Virus record (IMG/VR): IMGVR_UViG_2811995017_000004
Location: 109,460 to 129,459 of that record
Strand: one strand, 5' to 3'
Source of the DNA: an uncultured virus (IMG/VR IMGVR_UViG_2811995017_000004)
Taxonomy: Duplodnaviria; Heunggongvirae; Uroviricota; Caudoviricetes
Length of the DNA: 20,000 nucleotides
Shown here: positions 1-9,659 of the stretch, in pieces
Layout of the letters: every line of letters starts with the position of its first letter
How positions within the stretch are numbered: position 1 is the stretch's first letter
Notes under the pieces: generated by a model
Database searches by the model: none
What the model saw: the letters and a program-made list of their open reading frames with translations, nothing else
Told to the model about the DNA's origin: nothing
Position numbers and translations under genes: made by a program

Positions 1-32
1 CATTTTTAAAATTGCTATTAAAAAAACAAATC

Positions 33-65
33 AAGTCGCTCATTAATTGGGCGACTTATTTATTA
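33..65. terminator. Probable bidirectional intrinsic terminator
   Basis: Hairpin AAGTCGCTC-attaatt-GGGCGACTT (33-57) with T-rich tracts on both strands. It overlaps the stop codon of the Arc-like gene. Confidence 0.7.
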
Positions 66-214
66 TCTTCTTTATTTTGATTATCCATAAATTCTTTAAG
101 AATGTGCACTATCTGTCCATTTAAGCTTCTCATATTGTCGTCCGCTTCTTTAACAAGCTTAGAATGAAGCTCCTTAGGAAGCCTTAATGTCATTCGTTCA
201 ATCTCCTTTGACAT
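56..214 (-). CDS. Arc-family ribbon-helix-helix DNA-binding protein (52 aa, not in ORF track)
   Basis: Hand translation: MSKEIERMTLRLPKELHSKLVKEADDNMRSLNGQIVHILKEFMDNQNKEDNK. It has the Arc pattern (TLRLP...L...A....RSLN.QI..IL) and a strong SD (GGGGAGG on the - strand, ~220-226). Confidence 0.88.
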   Translation of the reverse strand: MSKEIERMTLRLPKELHSKLVKEADDNMRSLNGQIVHILKEFMDNQNKEDNK

Positions 215-302
215 GGAACCCTCCCCTTACTTACACTGCTTTACACTAACCACACATACAGAATACTAACACAAATCAATCGAATAAAAAGTAAATATTT
301 AA

Positions 303-340
303 TTGACAACAGTGTCATTATGGTGTCATAATAGTGTCAT
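303..340 (+). promoter_or_regulatory. SigA-type promoter overlapped by three GTGTCAT direct repeats (putative operator)
   Basis: TTGACA at 303-308, 18-bp spacer, extended -10 TGnCATAAT at 324-332. GTGTCAT occurs at 312, 323 and 334 (11-bp period). Confidence 0.7.
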
Positions 341-364
341 AATAAATCGAGAGGATGACTAACA

Positions 365-619
365 ATGTGGAGTACAAATGTGTATGGCACTATTATTCTT
401 ACCGTTTCGCGCAAAACAGCAGCTTCAAGCAAATGTTTAGCAATACTGGATTCATACTATGCCATATCCGATGACAGAGTTGATTTAACAGAGTTAACTT
501 TGCTTCACCAAAATGGAAAAGTTCTAGGGACTGTAAAGATTCACAATATCGATTTAAGATGGAATGGTTTTTGTTCTAAGTTCAAAAGTGGAGATGTAAA
601 CTGTGGCAGTAATAATTAA
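365..619 (+). CDS. Hypothetical protein (84 aa)
   Basis: ATG with GAGAGG upstream. First ORF after the promoter and overlaps the next ORF. No family recognised. Confidence 0.5.
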   Translation: MWSTNVYGTIILTVSRKTAASSKCLAILDSYYAISDDRVDLTELTLLHQNGKVLGTVKIHNIDLRWNGFCSKFKSGDVNCGSNN

Positions 620-2060
620 TCAATTTGTTAAAGTCCGAGCAAGTAACAGAAACAAAACTTATTATGCCAATTTGGGTTATACGCCAAATGAAAAACAAGA
701 ATTCAAAATCCATTTAAAAGATCTCCCATTATCGAGTCCTTCTGAGGTTAAAATTGTATGTGATTATTGTAATAAATGTTCAAGTAAACCCTACAAAAAT
801 ATTTCTAGTCAAAAAAACCATTTTTGTTCACGAGAATGTGCTAACAATTTTCTAATAGGTAAACCTTCGTGGAATGCGAGGCTAATACATATTAAATGCT
901 CAGAATGTTCAAAAGATATTATAAGATCTGAATGGGAAACTAAACAGCATAAAAACCTTTTTTGCAGTAGATCTTGTGCAGACAATTTCATGAGAAGGAA
1001 TAGAAAAGGAAAACTGAAAGTAAAACGATATGAATTAAAATGCTCTTTCTGTAATGCGACTATTGAAAGAACAGAAAATGAGTTAAAAAGAGCTAAAAAT
1101 CATTTTTGCTCTCAAAAGTGTTTGAGTGAATTCTCTAAAGGTAAGCCGAAAAATACTAAAGAAAAGATAAAGAAACTATGTCACAATTGCAATAAGCCAA
1201 TATACATGACTCCATATAGAGCTTTACAAAGTAAACGAACATTTTGCTCAAGAAATTGTCGTTCTAGTTGGATGAGAGAGTCAGATGAGTACAGAAAAAT
1301 TGTTTTTAAAGGAAAAAGCGTGGAGCTTACATGCTCTAATGAATCATGTAACAAAACATTCACTCGGAAATTTTCTGAACTAAAAGAAAAGAATTTTTGC
1401 TCTATGGAGTGCGCAAAATCACTCAAAAAACTATCCTTTATAAGGAATAATCCTAATCCAAAGAAAGAAAAAATAAGTGTCAGCTGCTATACATGTGGTG
1501 CTGGTAAAAAGGTACATGAGAGTGTTTTTAAAAAGAATAAACATTTTTTCTGCTCCTATGACTGCTACCATCAAAAAAGACTTGAAATTACTGAAAAGAA
1601 AGTTACTTTGACTTCAATTCATAAAAAAATAAATAGGCTCTTGAATGAATGTGAAATAGAACACATCAATGAAAAAAACATTGGATATTTTTCATTGGAT
1701 ATATATCTACCTGAACATAAACTAGCCATTGAAGTTATGGGAGATTATTGGCATGGACATCCACAAAGGTACAATTTCAATAGTCTCAATAACATTCAAA
1801 AAAAGAACATCAAAAGAGACTACAGAAAGAACAGATATATCACAAAGAATGGCATAGTAATTCTCTACCTTTGGGAGAACGATATAAATCAAGATTTTGA
1901 GTTGTGCAAACAGCTTATTTTGAAATTTATTTCAAAAAGAGACGGTCTTCAAAATTTTCATAGTTTCAATTGGGCACTCGACAGTAATTCAAAAATAGTT
2001 TTACGAACCGAACTTTTTTGTCCCTTTTTTGATTATTTTCAAGGAGATGAACAAAAATGA
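603..2060 (+). CDS. Putative endonuclease: six Cys4 Zn-ribbon repeats plus a C-terminal Vsr/DUF559-like nuclease domain
   Basis: Six CxxC...FCSxxC units: CDYC/FCSREC, CSEC/FCSRSC, CSFC/FCSQKC, CHNC/FCSRNC, CSNESC/FCSMEC, CYTC/FCSYDC. C-terminal LDIYLPEHKLAIEVMGDYWHG...KRD..K......G..ILYLWE.DI matches the Vsr/DUF559 pattern. Very Lys-rich. Confidence 0.8.
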   Translation: MAVIINQFVKVRASNRNKTYYANLGYTPNEKQEFKIHLKDLPLSSPSEVKIVCDYCNKCSSKPYKNISSQKNHFCSRECANNFLIGKPSWNARLIHIKCSECSKDIIRSEWETKQHKNLFCSRSCADNFMRRNRKGKLKVKRYELKCSFCNATIERTENELKRAKNHFCSQKCLSEFSKGKPKNTKEKIKKLCHNCNKPIYMTPYRALQSKRTFCSRNCRSSWMRESDEYRKIVFKGKSVELTCSNESCNKTFTRKFSELKEKNFCSMECAKSLKKLSFIRNNPNPKKEKISVSCYTCGAGKKVHESVFKKNKHFFCSYDCYHQKRLEITEKKVTLTSIHKKINRLLNECEIEHINEKNIGYFSLDIYLPEHKLAIEVMGDYWHGHPQRYNFNSLNNIQKKNIKRDYRKNRYITKNGIVILYLWENDINQDFELCKQLILKFISKRDGLQNFHSFNWALDSNSKIVLRTELFCPFFDYFQGDEQK

Positions 2061-2308
2061 AAAAATACGTTAATCATTTGACATTGACTATAGCCGCTTG
2101 CCAAACAACACTTGGAAACTCTGAAGATGGAGCTAAACGATTTACAGAGTATGATCTCTTGGATTTTGGAGAGTTTGAAGAACTTAAAGAAATAACATTA
2201 ATAAATTTTGACGGTGATAAGATAACCCTTCAAGCCTTTAATATGGGGCTTGAAATTGAGGACACCGAAGAAATCGATGAAGAAGATGAACTGCTATACA
2301 TAAAATAA
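2057..2308 (+). CDS. Small acidic hypothetical protein (83 aa)
   Basis: ATGA overlap with the nuclease stop and SD AAGGAG (2041-2046). About 21 D/E against 7 K/R by hand count. Confidence 0.8.
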   Translation: MKKYVNHLTLTIAACQTTLGNSEDGAKRFTEYDLLDFGEFEELKEITLINFDGDKITLQAFNMGLEIEDTEEIDEEDELLYIK

Positions 2309-2320
2309 ATGATTTTCTTG

Positions 2321-2350
2321 ACTCTGCTAATGCAGAGTTTTTTTATTTTT
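2321..2350 (+). terminator. Intrinsic terminator closing the nuclease cassette
   Basis: ACTCTGC-taat-GCAGAGT followed by TTTTTTATTTTT. Confidence 0.8.
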
Positions 2351-2396
2351 GTCCACCTCTCCCCCACTCTTCGCTTTGAAAGGATGTGATTATTAA

Positions 2397-5300
2397 TTGA
2401 GCCAACAGTTGAAAATTGTAGTTACTCCAGTTGCCGACACCTCCGCTCAATCAGTTGAACAAATTAACAAGCAACTTAAAACACTACAATCTAAGTTAAA
2501 CTCCCTTCAGCTCCAAACAAATATTGATGCTTCTGCTTTAAAAACCCTCAAAGAATTCTCTTCTGCAATTGAAACATATCAAAAAAATCTTAAGAATTAC
2601 AATCAGACAGTTAAAGAAACACAAACGGTCATTAAGAATGCTGATGGGACAACTGAAAAAATCATTCAGCAGCACAAAAAGAATGGAGAAATACTTCAGC
2701 GAGAAATTAAGACGATTGATAATCGAAATCAAAAGATTCGTCAAGAAACTCAAGAAACAGCAAAATTAACCTCTGAAATTCAAAAGCTTGGCCAAGCTCA
2801 AAAGATAATTGAACGTCAAAATGCTCAAGGTATCAAGACAGGCACTACTCAAAAAAATCGTGATGGTTTTAAGGATATTACGTACAATCTCGACCAAAAT
2901 GGGAATATTAAAAACTCAACCACTGTAACAAATATTGATCAACAAAGAAAAGCAATCGAACAGCTTAGAGTAAGCCTACAAAGACTAAAAGAGCAAGGGC
3001 AACTGTCTGAAGTCACGCTCTCCTCTCTTGGAAGAAAAATTAATTTAGTTCAGTCTACAGAACAAATTGAAGCACTCAGAGTCAAGCTTAAGACTCTTGA
3101 TGACAAGTCAGCAGCAGTTGCAAAGACTAAAGAGCTTGAAAGGCAGTTAGAACTATATAGAAGACAAGCACAGGTAAATACTCAGAACCTGCAAAACAGA
3201 TACGGCAGCTCATTGAGCAATACAAGTAATCAACAGCTTCAACAGTATTTGAATTCAGTTAATCAATTAACTGCAAGGACACCTAATCTAAGAAATCAGA
3301 TGGCTAGTCTTAATGTGCAGTTTAGGGAAATGTCCTCTAACATTGCTGCTACTACAAGGCAGACAATGAGTTTTGGAGAGCAGCTTCAAGTAGCAATGTC
3401 CCGCGTGCCTGTGTGGATGGCATCTATGACACTTTTTTATGCACCTTTGAGACTGCTTCAAGATCTCACCAGCCAAGTAATATCGCTTGACACTCAAATG
3501 ACTGGCTTACGACGGGTTATGGACTTACCTGATTATAAGTTTAACGAGCTTCTTCAAAAATCTATTGATTTGAGTGATGAGTTAGCAAACAAGACTTCAG
3601 ATGTTCTAACTATAATGAACGAATTTGGGCGTATGGGTTACAAAGATGATGAGCTATTAGATCTAACCAAGACAGCTCAAATGATGGAGAACATTAGTGA
3701 ACTACAACCTGAAGATACCGTTAAAGCTCTCACAGCAGCGATGGTCAACTTCGGAATTCAATCTAAAGACAGCTTAAAAATCGCCGATGCATTGAACGAG
3801 GTTGACAATAATTTCCAAACAAGTACATTGGACTTGGCTCAATCAATGAGAAAGTCAGCTGCCGCTGCAAAAGTATATGGCGTGAGTATGGAACAGCTTT
3901 TAGGATACACAACTGCTATTCAATCTAGTACCAAAGAATCTGGTAACATTGTCGGTAGAATAATTGCTGACATTAAATCTCTTCTGATTGACTTGGAAAT
4001 CCTAACGTTCAGTCGAGGACGACAAGGGGCAAGCGTAATGGTAGCCTGAACGACTGAGTGAAGAGACACAGAAATGTGAAGCGACAGTCTGAACTCTATG
4101 GAAACATAGAGAGTGAGGTTGAAGCGCCTCACCGCCATTTATAATGGTCAGTAGCCTTTTGGTGAAAGTAACAGAATTGAACGCCTTAAAAACAATATTC
4201 GCCAGAATCCAAACAAATGGAGCAGCCATTAAAAGTCTTGAGAGTGTAGGAATTGCAGTTAAAGATGTAGGTGGAGAAGCTATACCTGTATCTGAAATCC
4301 TTGAGAATCTTGCTTCTAAGTGGGACAGTCTCTCTGAGGCACAGAAGCAGCAAATCGGGGTTTCGTCAGCAGGTATGTTTCAAAATACTCGATTAATTAT
4401 AGTCGCCTTATACAGTAATGTATAAGTGAAAACCCAGTGAACCCTATTGCTCAGGGGTGTGTCCTTTTCACAGGATGCTAACGGTGGAACTCTAAGGGAG
4501 AAATCCTATGACAATACCGTGCCAAGCCTATTTTAGGAAGGTGTAACGACTAGCCTAACGGCGTAGAACAGACATTGAGCTACTGTTCAAAGTGCTGGGC
4601 ATCCTTTTAGGATGAAGATATAGTCTAGTCCCCTACTTAAATATCGGGAAACCGAGGGTATAAACGTTTTAGCGCTCATGGAGCAATGGAGTACGGCTAC
4701 CAAGGCCACTACTACTGCAATTAACAGCCAGGGATCTGCAATGCGTGAGCAAGAACGATACTCTGAAAGTTTGGAAGGACGCCTCAACAGATTGTCTGCT
4801 TCTTGGTCAGGTCTTGCAGCAAATGCAGGTGATGCTTTCCTTTCTGATGGAATAATTTCATTTGCCGAAATATTGAAAGATATAGTCCAAGCAGGAGCAA
4901 GCGTAACAAAAACAATTGGATTTTTGCCAAGTGTATTCGCGACAGCATCTGCTGCAATTCTCCTGTTTAATAGCAATCTAAGGTCAACCATGATTCTTGC
5001 CGGATCAAATATGGGAACCGCGTTAAAGTCTCTTATAGCTAATTTTAGTTTGCTCAATGTGGCTTCAACTGGTGCTGCCGCAGGACAGAGAATGCTTGCA
5101 ATTGCGACTAACGTAACTTCTGTTGCAATAACTACATTAGGCAAAGTAACCAAAACAACAATGGCTTTTCTTGCAGGTGCTGTACTGCCTATGGCAGGTT
5201 TCATGGCTTTAGGCTTCGTAATCGAAAAACTTGTCTCTGCTTTTTCTGATGCTAAACAAGAACAAGAAAAGCTTGCAGAGTCACAAAAGAAAAGCGTTGA

Positions 5301-8300
5301 AGCAATAACCACAAATAAAGAACAGACCGATCAGTTAATACAAAAATATAAAGAGCTGCAAAAAGCAAAAGATAATGGCTCCCTCTCCCCTGACAAGGAG
5401 CAAGAATATCTACAGGTCACGCAACAATTAGCACAAACGTTCCCTAATTTGATTTCTGGCTATGACTCCCAAGGTAATGCCATCATTAAAAATAACGAAG
5501 CATTAGAAGATGCCATAAAATACACCAAAGAATTAGCTGAATTAAACAAAAAAGACATTCAAACTGGCGCAAATAGCAACTTTAAAGAAACCCTCAGTGA
5601 TATCAGTAATCTGACTGATGAAATGAAAGAGTATCAAAAAGTTGCAGACCATTATAAAAACAACGATCGGCCATTCTGGGATATCTTCGACAGCGACAGT
5701 GATTATAAAAATTTTGGGATTAAAGCTGAACAACAAGCTCTTCAAGTCAACCAGAAGCTATCTAGCTCACAAGCTAAACTTAGAGAGCAAGTGCTGCAAA
5801 CTGTTGACGCTTATAACTCCATTAAAATCAACCCTCAGTTAACCAAAGATATCAACGAAGCCTTCAATAAAATTGACTTTAGTAAGATGACTTCTGATGA
5901 ATTAGAGTCGTTTTCCATTAATGTTTCAAAATACATGGATGACATTCAGAAAGCATTGGAATCAGGGAATAAAGTTGATTTCTCAAGAGCATCTCAAGCA
6001 CTTCAGAATTTAATTAACCAACAAATCAAAGGTTCTGATGAAGCTGACAAACTTTCCTTATCTTATGATGACCTAAAGAATGCTATAGACTCTACAAAAA
6101 ATGCTGCTGATTCTGCAAAGGTCACTTGGGATGAAAATGGTGAAGGGGTAAACGAATTAACAGGAGAAGTCGAAGATTTAAGTCAAAAGCTCAAGGATGC
6201 TAAAGGCGATCTAGAGGCAATAAAAGCTGTAATGGACGATTTGGTGGCTTCTCAGCAAACAGAACTAGCTATTTCTGCCCTTCAAAATGAAGCATATGAT
6301 TCTTTTGCTGACTCCATCTCCCCTCTCAATGAACTGCTTGAGAAAATGGCTGAAGGAAAAAGCATCTCAGCTGCTGAAGCAATGAAACTGGTTCAAAAAG
6401 AAAAAGACTTGGCTGGAGCTATTAGTGTTGAAAACGGCGTAGTTAAATTAAACCGAGATGCTATCATAAAACTACGTGATGCAAAACTTAAAGCATACAA
6501 TGATATGCAAAAGTCAGTTAAACAGGATCTAATCAACCAGGCAAACGCAACAGTAAAGAAAATAAAGAACTATGGTTTAGAGGTCAAATCAATCCAGACT
6601 GTTGCCGATGCGCAAGCCAACCTTTCCAAAATGAGAAAACAAGTAGACACTTTGATGGAAAGTGGCAATATCCAGATGGCAATGCCAATCATTAAAGAAA
6701 TAAACGAGTTGAGCGACGTCACTGGACAGTTAGAAGATCTGGATAAAATGGCTGAATTGGCCAACTCATCTTTAAATGAAGTTGGTACGTCCCTTGAGAA
6801 ATATTCTGATGAACAAGAGAAAGCCAGCAAAGAAACTGAGAAATCCAAATACGTCATTGATAAATATAAAGAAGCCCTTGAAAAAGTAAATGCAGAAATT
6901 GAGAAATACAACAAGCAAACCAATGATTATCCTAAATGGTCACAAAAATACAGAGACGCAATCAATAAGGAAATCAAGGCATTAGAGCGTAAGAAAAAGC
7001 TAATGCAAGATCAGATTAAACTGCTGAAACAGCAAATCAAATCTGGTTATATTCCTCAAACTGGACTTGTTACCTCCTCTTCCTCTTCTGGTTCTTCATC
7101 AGGATCATATTCTTCTGGAGGATCATATTCCGGAAAATACTCTTCTTATATTAATACTGCAGCAAGCAAATATGGTGTTGACCCTGCACTAATCGCTGCG
7201 ATTATTAAACAAGAATCAAACTTCAATGCCAAAGCTCGTTCTGGCGCTGGAGCAATGGGTTTGATGCAACTCATGCCTGGTACTGCAAAAAGTCTAGGTG
7301 TAAACAATGCATATGATCCTTATCAAAACATCATGGGCGGTACAAAATATATCGCTCAAATGCTCAATAAGTTTGGCGGCAACATTGAAAAAGCATTGGC
7401 TGCTTACAATTCGGGGCCAGGAAACGTTATTAAATACGGTGGCGTCCCTCCTTTCAAAGAAACACAAAATTACGTTAAGATCATTCTTTCCAACTACAAT
7501 AAGAGCTTATCTACTGCGACATCAAAAATTGCTAATTACTACACCAGCGCGAATGGATTTAGAGTAAGCTCAAAATTTGGACAAAAAGAAAGTGGTCTCC
7601 GCTCCTCCCCTCATAAAGGATTAGACTTAGCAGCTAAAGCAGGTACTCCTGTTAAAGCTTTAAAAGCTGGTAAAGTCATAACCGCTGCCTATTCTAAAAC
7701 AGCAGGCAACTGGGTTGTCATTCAACAGGATGATGGAACAGTTGCAAAATACATGCACATGCAGAAAGGTCTTAAAGTCAAAAAAGGCGATGTTGTTTCT
7801 GCTGGTCAAACAATAGGTAAAGTTGGAAGCACTGGACATTCAACAGGAAATCACCTTCACTTACAGATTGAACAGAACGGAAAACCAATCGATCCAGAAA
7901 AGTATATGAAAGGTTTGACGTCTGACCTATCTCAATCTGAAGCCGAAAGACAACAGGCTATTGCTCAAGCAAAGTCTGATCTAATCGGCTTACAAGGTGA
8001 TTTGGACTCAGTAAATGATCAGATCCAAGAACTTCAATATGAATTAGTTCAATCTAAGCTCGATGAATTTGATAAGCGTAAATCAGATTTGGAAGTTAAG
8101 ATTGCTAAAAACGAATCCTTAGCTAAACACTACCTCACCGACAGCAAAGAATTCCGTAAATACACTAACGAGCAAAAGAAAGCTGTTGATGAGCAGCGGA
8201 AAATTCAACAGGAAAAGCTCAATTGGATTAACAAAGAGCTTAAAACAAACAAAAAGCTCAACTATGCTCAACGTGATCAGCTTAGAGAAGAACTGAAACA

Positions 8301-9606
8301 GGCCAAATTAGATTTAATCTCCCTTGAGGATCAAGTCAGAGAGCTACAAGGTCAGCTTGTTCAATCTAAAGTTGATCAAGTACTCAACAACATCGAGAAA
8401 TCAGTCAAGAAAACTGAGGGTAAGCTTAAAGATGTTGATATCAAGATTCAGATGACTGAGGATGACAATCAAAAAGTCAAATACTACAGTCAGCAAGTAA
8501 AATTGATTCAACAGCAACAAGCTGAAGCCAAAAAGTACATCAAACAGCTTGAGGAACAGAAAAAGGCAGCTAAAGGTTTTCCTGATATCCAGAAACAAAT
8601 CACAGAGGAAATTGAAAACTGGAAAGATAAACAAAAGGACTACAACCTTGAGCTTTATAACACCAAGAAGTCCATTAAGGATATTTACAAATCACTTGCA
8701 GATGAAGTCGTTTCTATTTATAAAGAAATGTACGAAAAGATGCGTGATATTGAACTTGAAGCCCATCGAAAAGCAACTCAAAACATCATTGATGAAATTG
8801 ACAAAGAAGACGATGAAGCCAAGTTCCAGAAGTCCCTTAAAGAGAAACAGGAATCCATTCAGGAAACAAAAGATCAAATCAATAAGCTGTCTTTAGATGA
8901 TTCTGATGAAGCCAAAGCAAAATTAAAGGATTTGGATAAACAGCTTCAGGAACAAGAGCAAGACCTTGAAGAGTTTCTGAAAGATCGTGAAAACACGAAA
9001 CGAAAGGAAGCACTCCAAGATCAGCTTGAAAAAGATGAAGAATCAATCAACAAAAAGTATGATGACCTTGTTAATGATGATCGAGCCTTTAAGGAACTTG
9101 AGAAAAAACTTTTGGATGGTAAGATAACCGATATTGCTAAACAGCTTAATGAATTCACTAAGTTCATCAACAGCAACATGGATTCCATCGGTAAGAGTAT
9201 TTCAAACAACCTTATCGATAAACTTAAAGAAGCTTCCAATGCTTTAAATGTCGTGATTGCCGGAAATAAAACTGGCAAGAAGGTTTCCTCTTTTGATGTT
9301 GGTGGGTATACCGGAAAATGGGGAAGCTCAGGAAAGCTTGCTATGCTTCATGAGCAAGAGCTTGTATTGAACAAATCTGATACAAGCAATGTCCTGAAAA
9401 TTGTTGAGCTGACTAGAAACATCTTCGGAGACATTCCAACAAAAGCTACGCTCCCTTCCCCTTTTACTGCACCTAATCAAACGACAAGCAATCAAACAAT
9501 CAATATTAACTTTAACGTGGATAAAATGACTGGTTCTAAGGCTGATGCAGAGAAATTCTTAGGAGAAGTGTATAACATTGCATCAGCTAGAGGAGTGAAA
9601 ATTTAG
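2397..9606 (+). CDS. yomI: Tail tape measure protein with SLT lytic transglycosylase and M23 peptidase domains (CwlP/YomI-like); spliced join(2397..3956,4180..4393,4667..9606), 2237 aa
   Basis: TP901-type TMP core ([17 protein letters not shown]). SLT motifs [25 protein letters not shown] (~7140-7500). M23 motifs HKGLD, YMHM, HLHLQ (~7560-7910). Splicing joins [17 protein letters not shown] and QNTR-F-LALME. Exons total 1560+214+4940=6714 nt, i.e. 2238 codons. TTG start with SD AAAGGATGTG. Confidence 0.92.
3957..4179 (+). ncRNA. Group I intron 1 in the tape measure gene (223 nt, no internal HEG ORF)
   Basis: Exon ends in U3956 and intron ends in G4179. P1: UGUCGGU pairs with GCUGACA (3966-3972), giving U.G at the splice site. 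P3 UCUCUUC(3978-84)/GAAGAGA(4060-66). P7 GACUG(4052-56)/CAGUC(4085-89). P8 CACA-GAAA-UGUG. P9 CUCUAUG-GAAA-CAUAGAG. Confidence 0.88.
4394..4666 (+). ncRNA. Group I intron 2 in the tape measure gene (273 nt, IA-like, no internal HEG ORF)
   Basis: Exon ends in U4393 and intron ends in G4666. P1 CGAU/GUCG(4402-05) with U.G. P2 CUUAUACA-GUAA-UGUAUAAG. P3 CCCAGU(4433-38)/GCUGGG(4594-99). P7 GACUA(4548-52)/UAGUC(4621-25) with J8/7 GAAGAUAUAGUC. Two hairpins between P7 and P3' (P7.1/P7.2). P8 CAUCC/GGAUG. Confidence 0.92.
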
Positions 9607-9637
9607 AGTCGGCAAAATTTGTCGGCTCTTTCTTTTT
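9605..9637 (+). terminator. Terminator-like hairpin after the tape measure gene
   Basis: AGAGTCGGC-aaaattt-GTCGGCTCT followed by TTCTTTTT. Confidence 0.65.
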
Positions 9638-9659
9638 AGAAAGGATGTGAGAAACATCA

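Noticed and set aside
4144..4425. 93-aa ORF as an intron-encoded or independent protein
   Set aside because: It is exon 2 (4180-4393) plus flanking intron sequence.
3957..4666. Inserts as group II introns, IS/MITEs, inteins or a programmed frameshift
   Set aside because: There is no GUGYG...AY boundary or domain V, and no terminal inverted repeats or target duplications. The first insert has a stop in the exon-1 frame and a length (223 nt) not divisible by three; the second has an in-frame stop.
4587..5312. 241-aa minus-strand ORF and the other short antisense or alternate-frame ORFs inside long genes
   Set aside because: These are shadow ORFs of the coding strand with no recognisable motifs.
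7075..7150. TCT/TCC-rich low-complexity repeat (also in blyA at ~17330-17380 and ~17605-17660)
   Set aside because: These simply encode Ser/Gly-rich interdomain linkers.
2397..9606. Tape measure gene as a frameshifted pseudogene or as three separate genes (550, 93 and 1642 aa)
   Set aside because: The interruptions are structured inserts with group I signatures, and their precise removal restores one frame.
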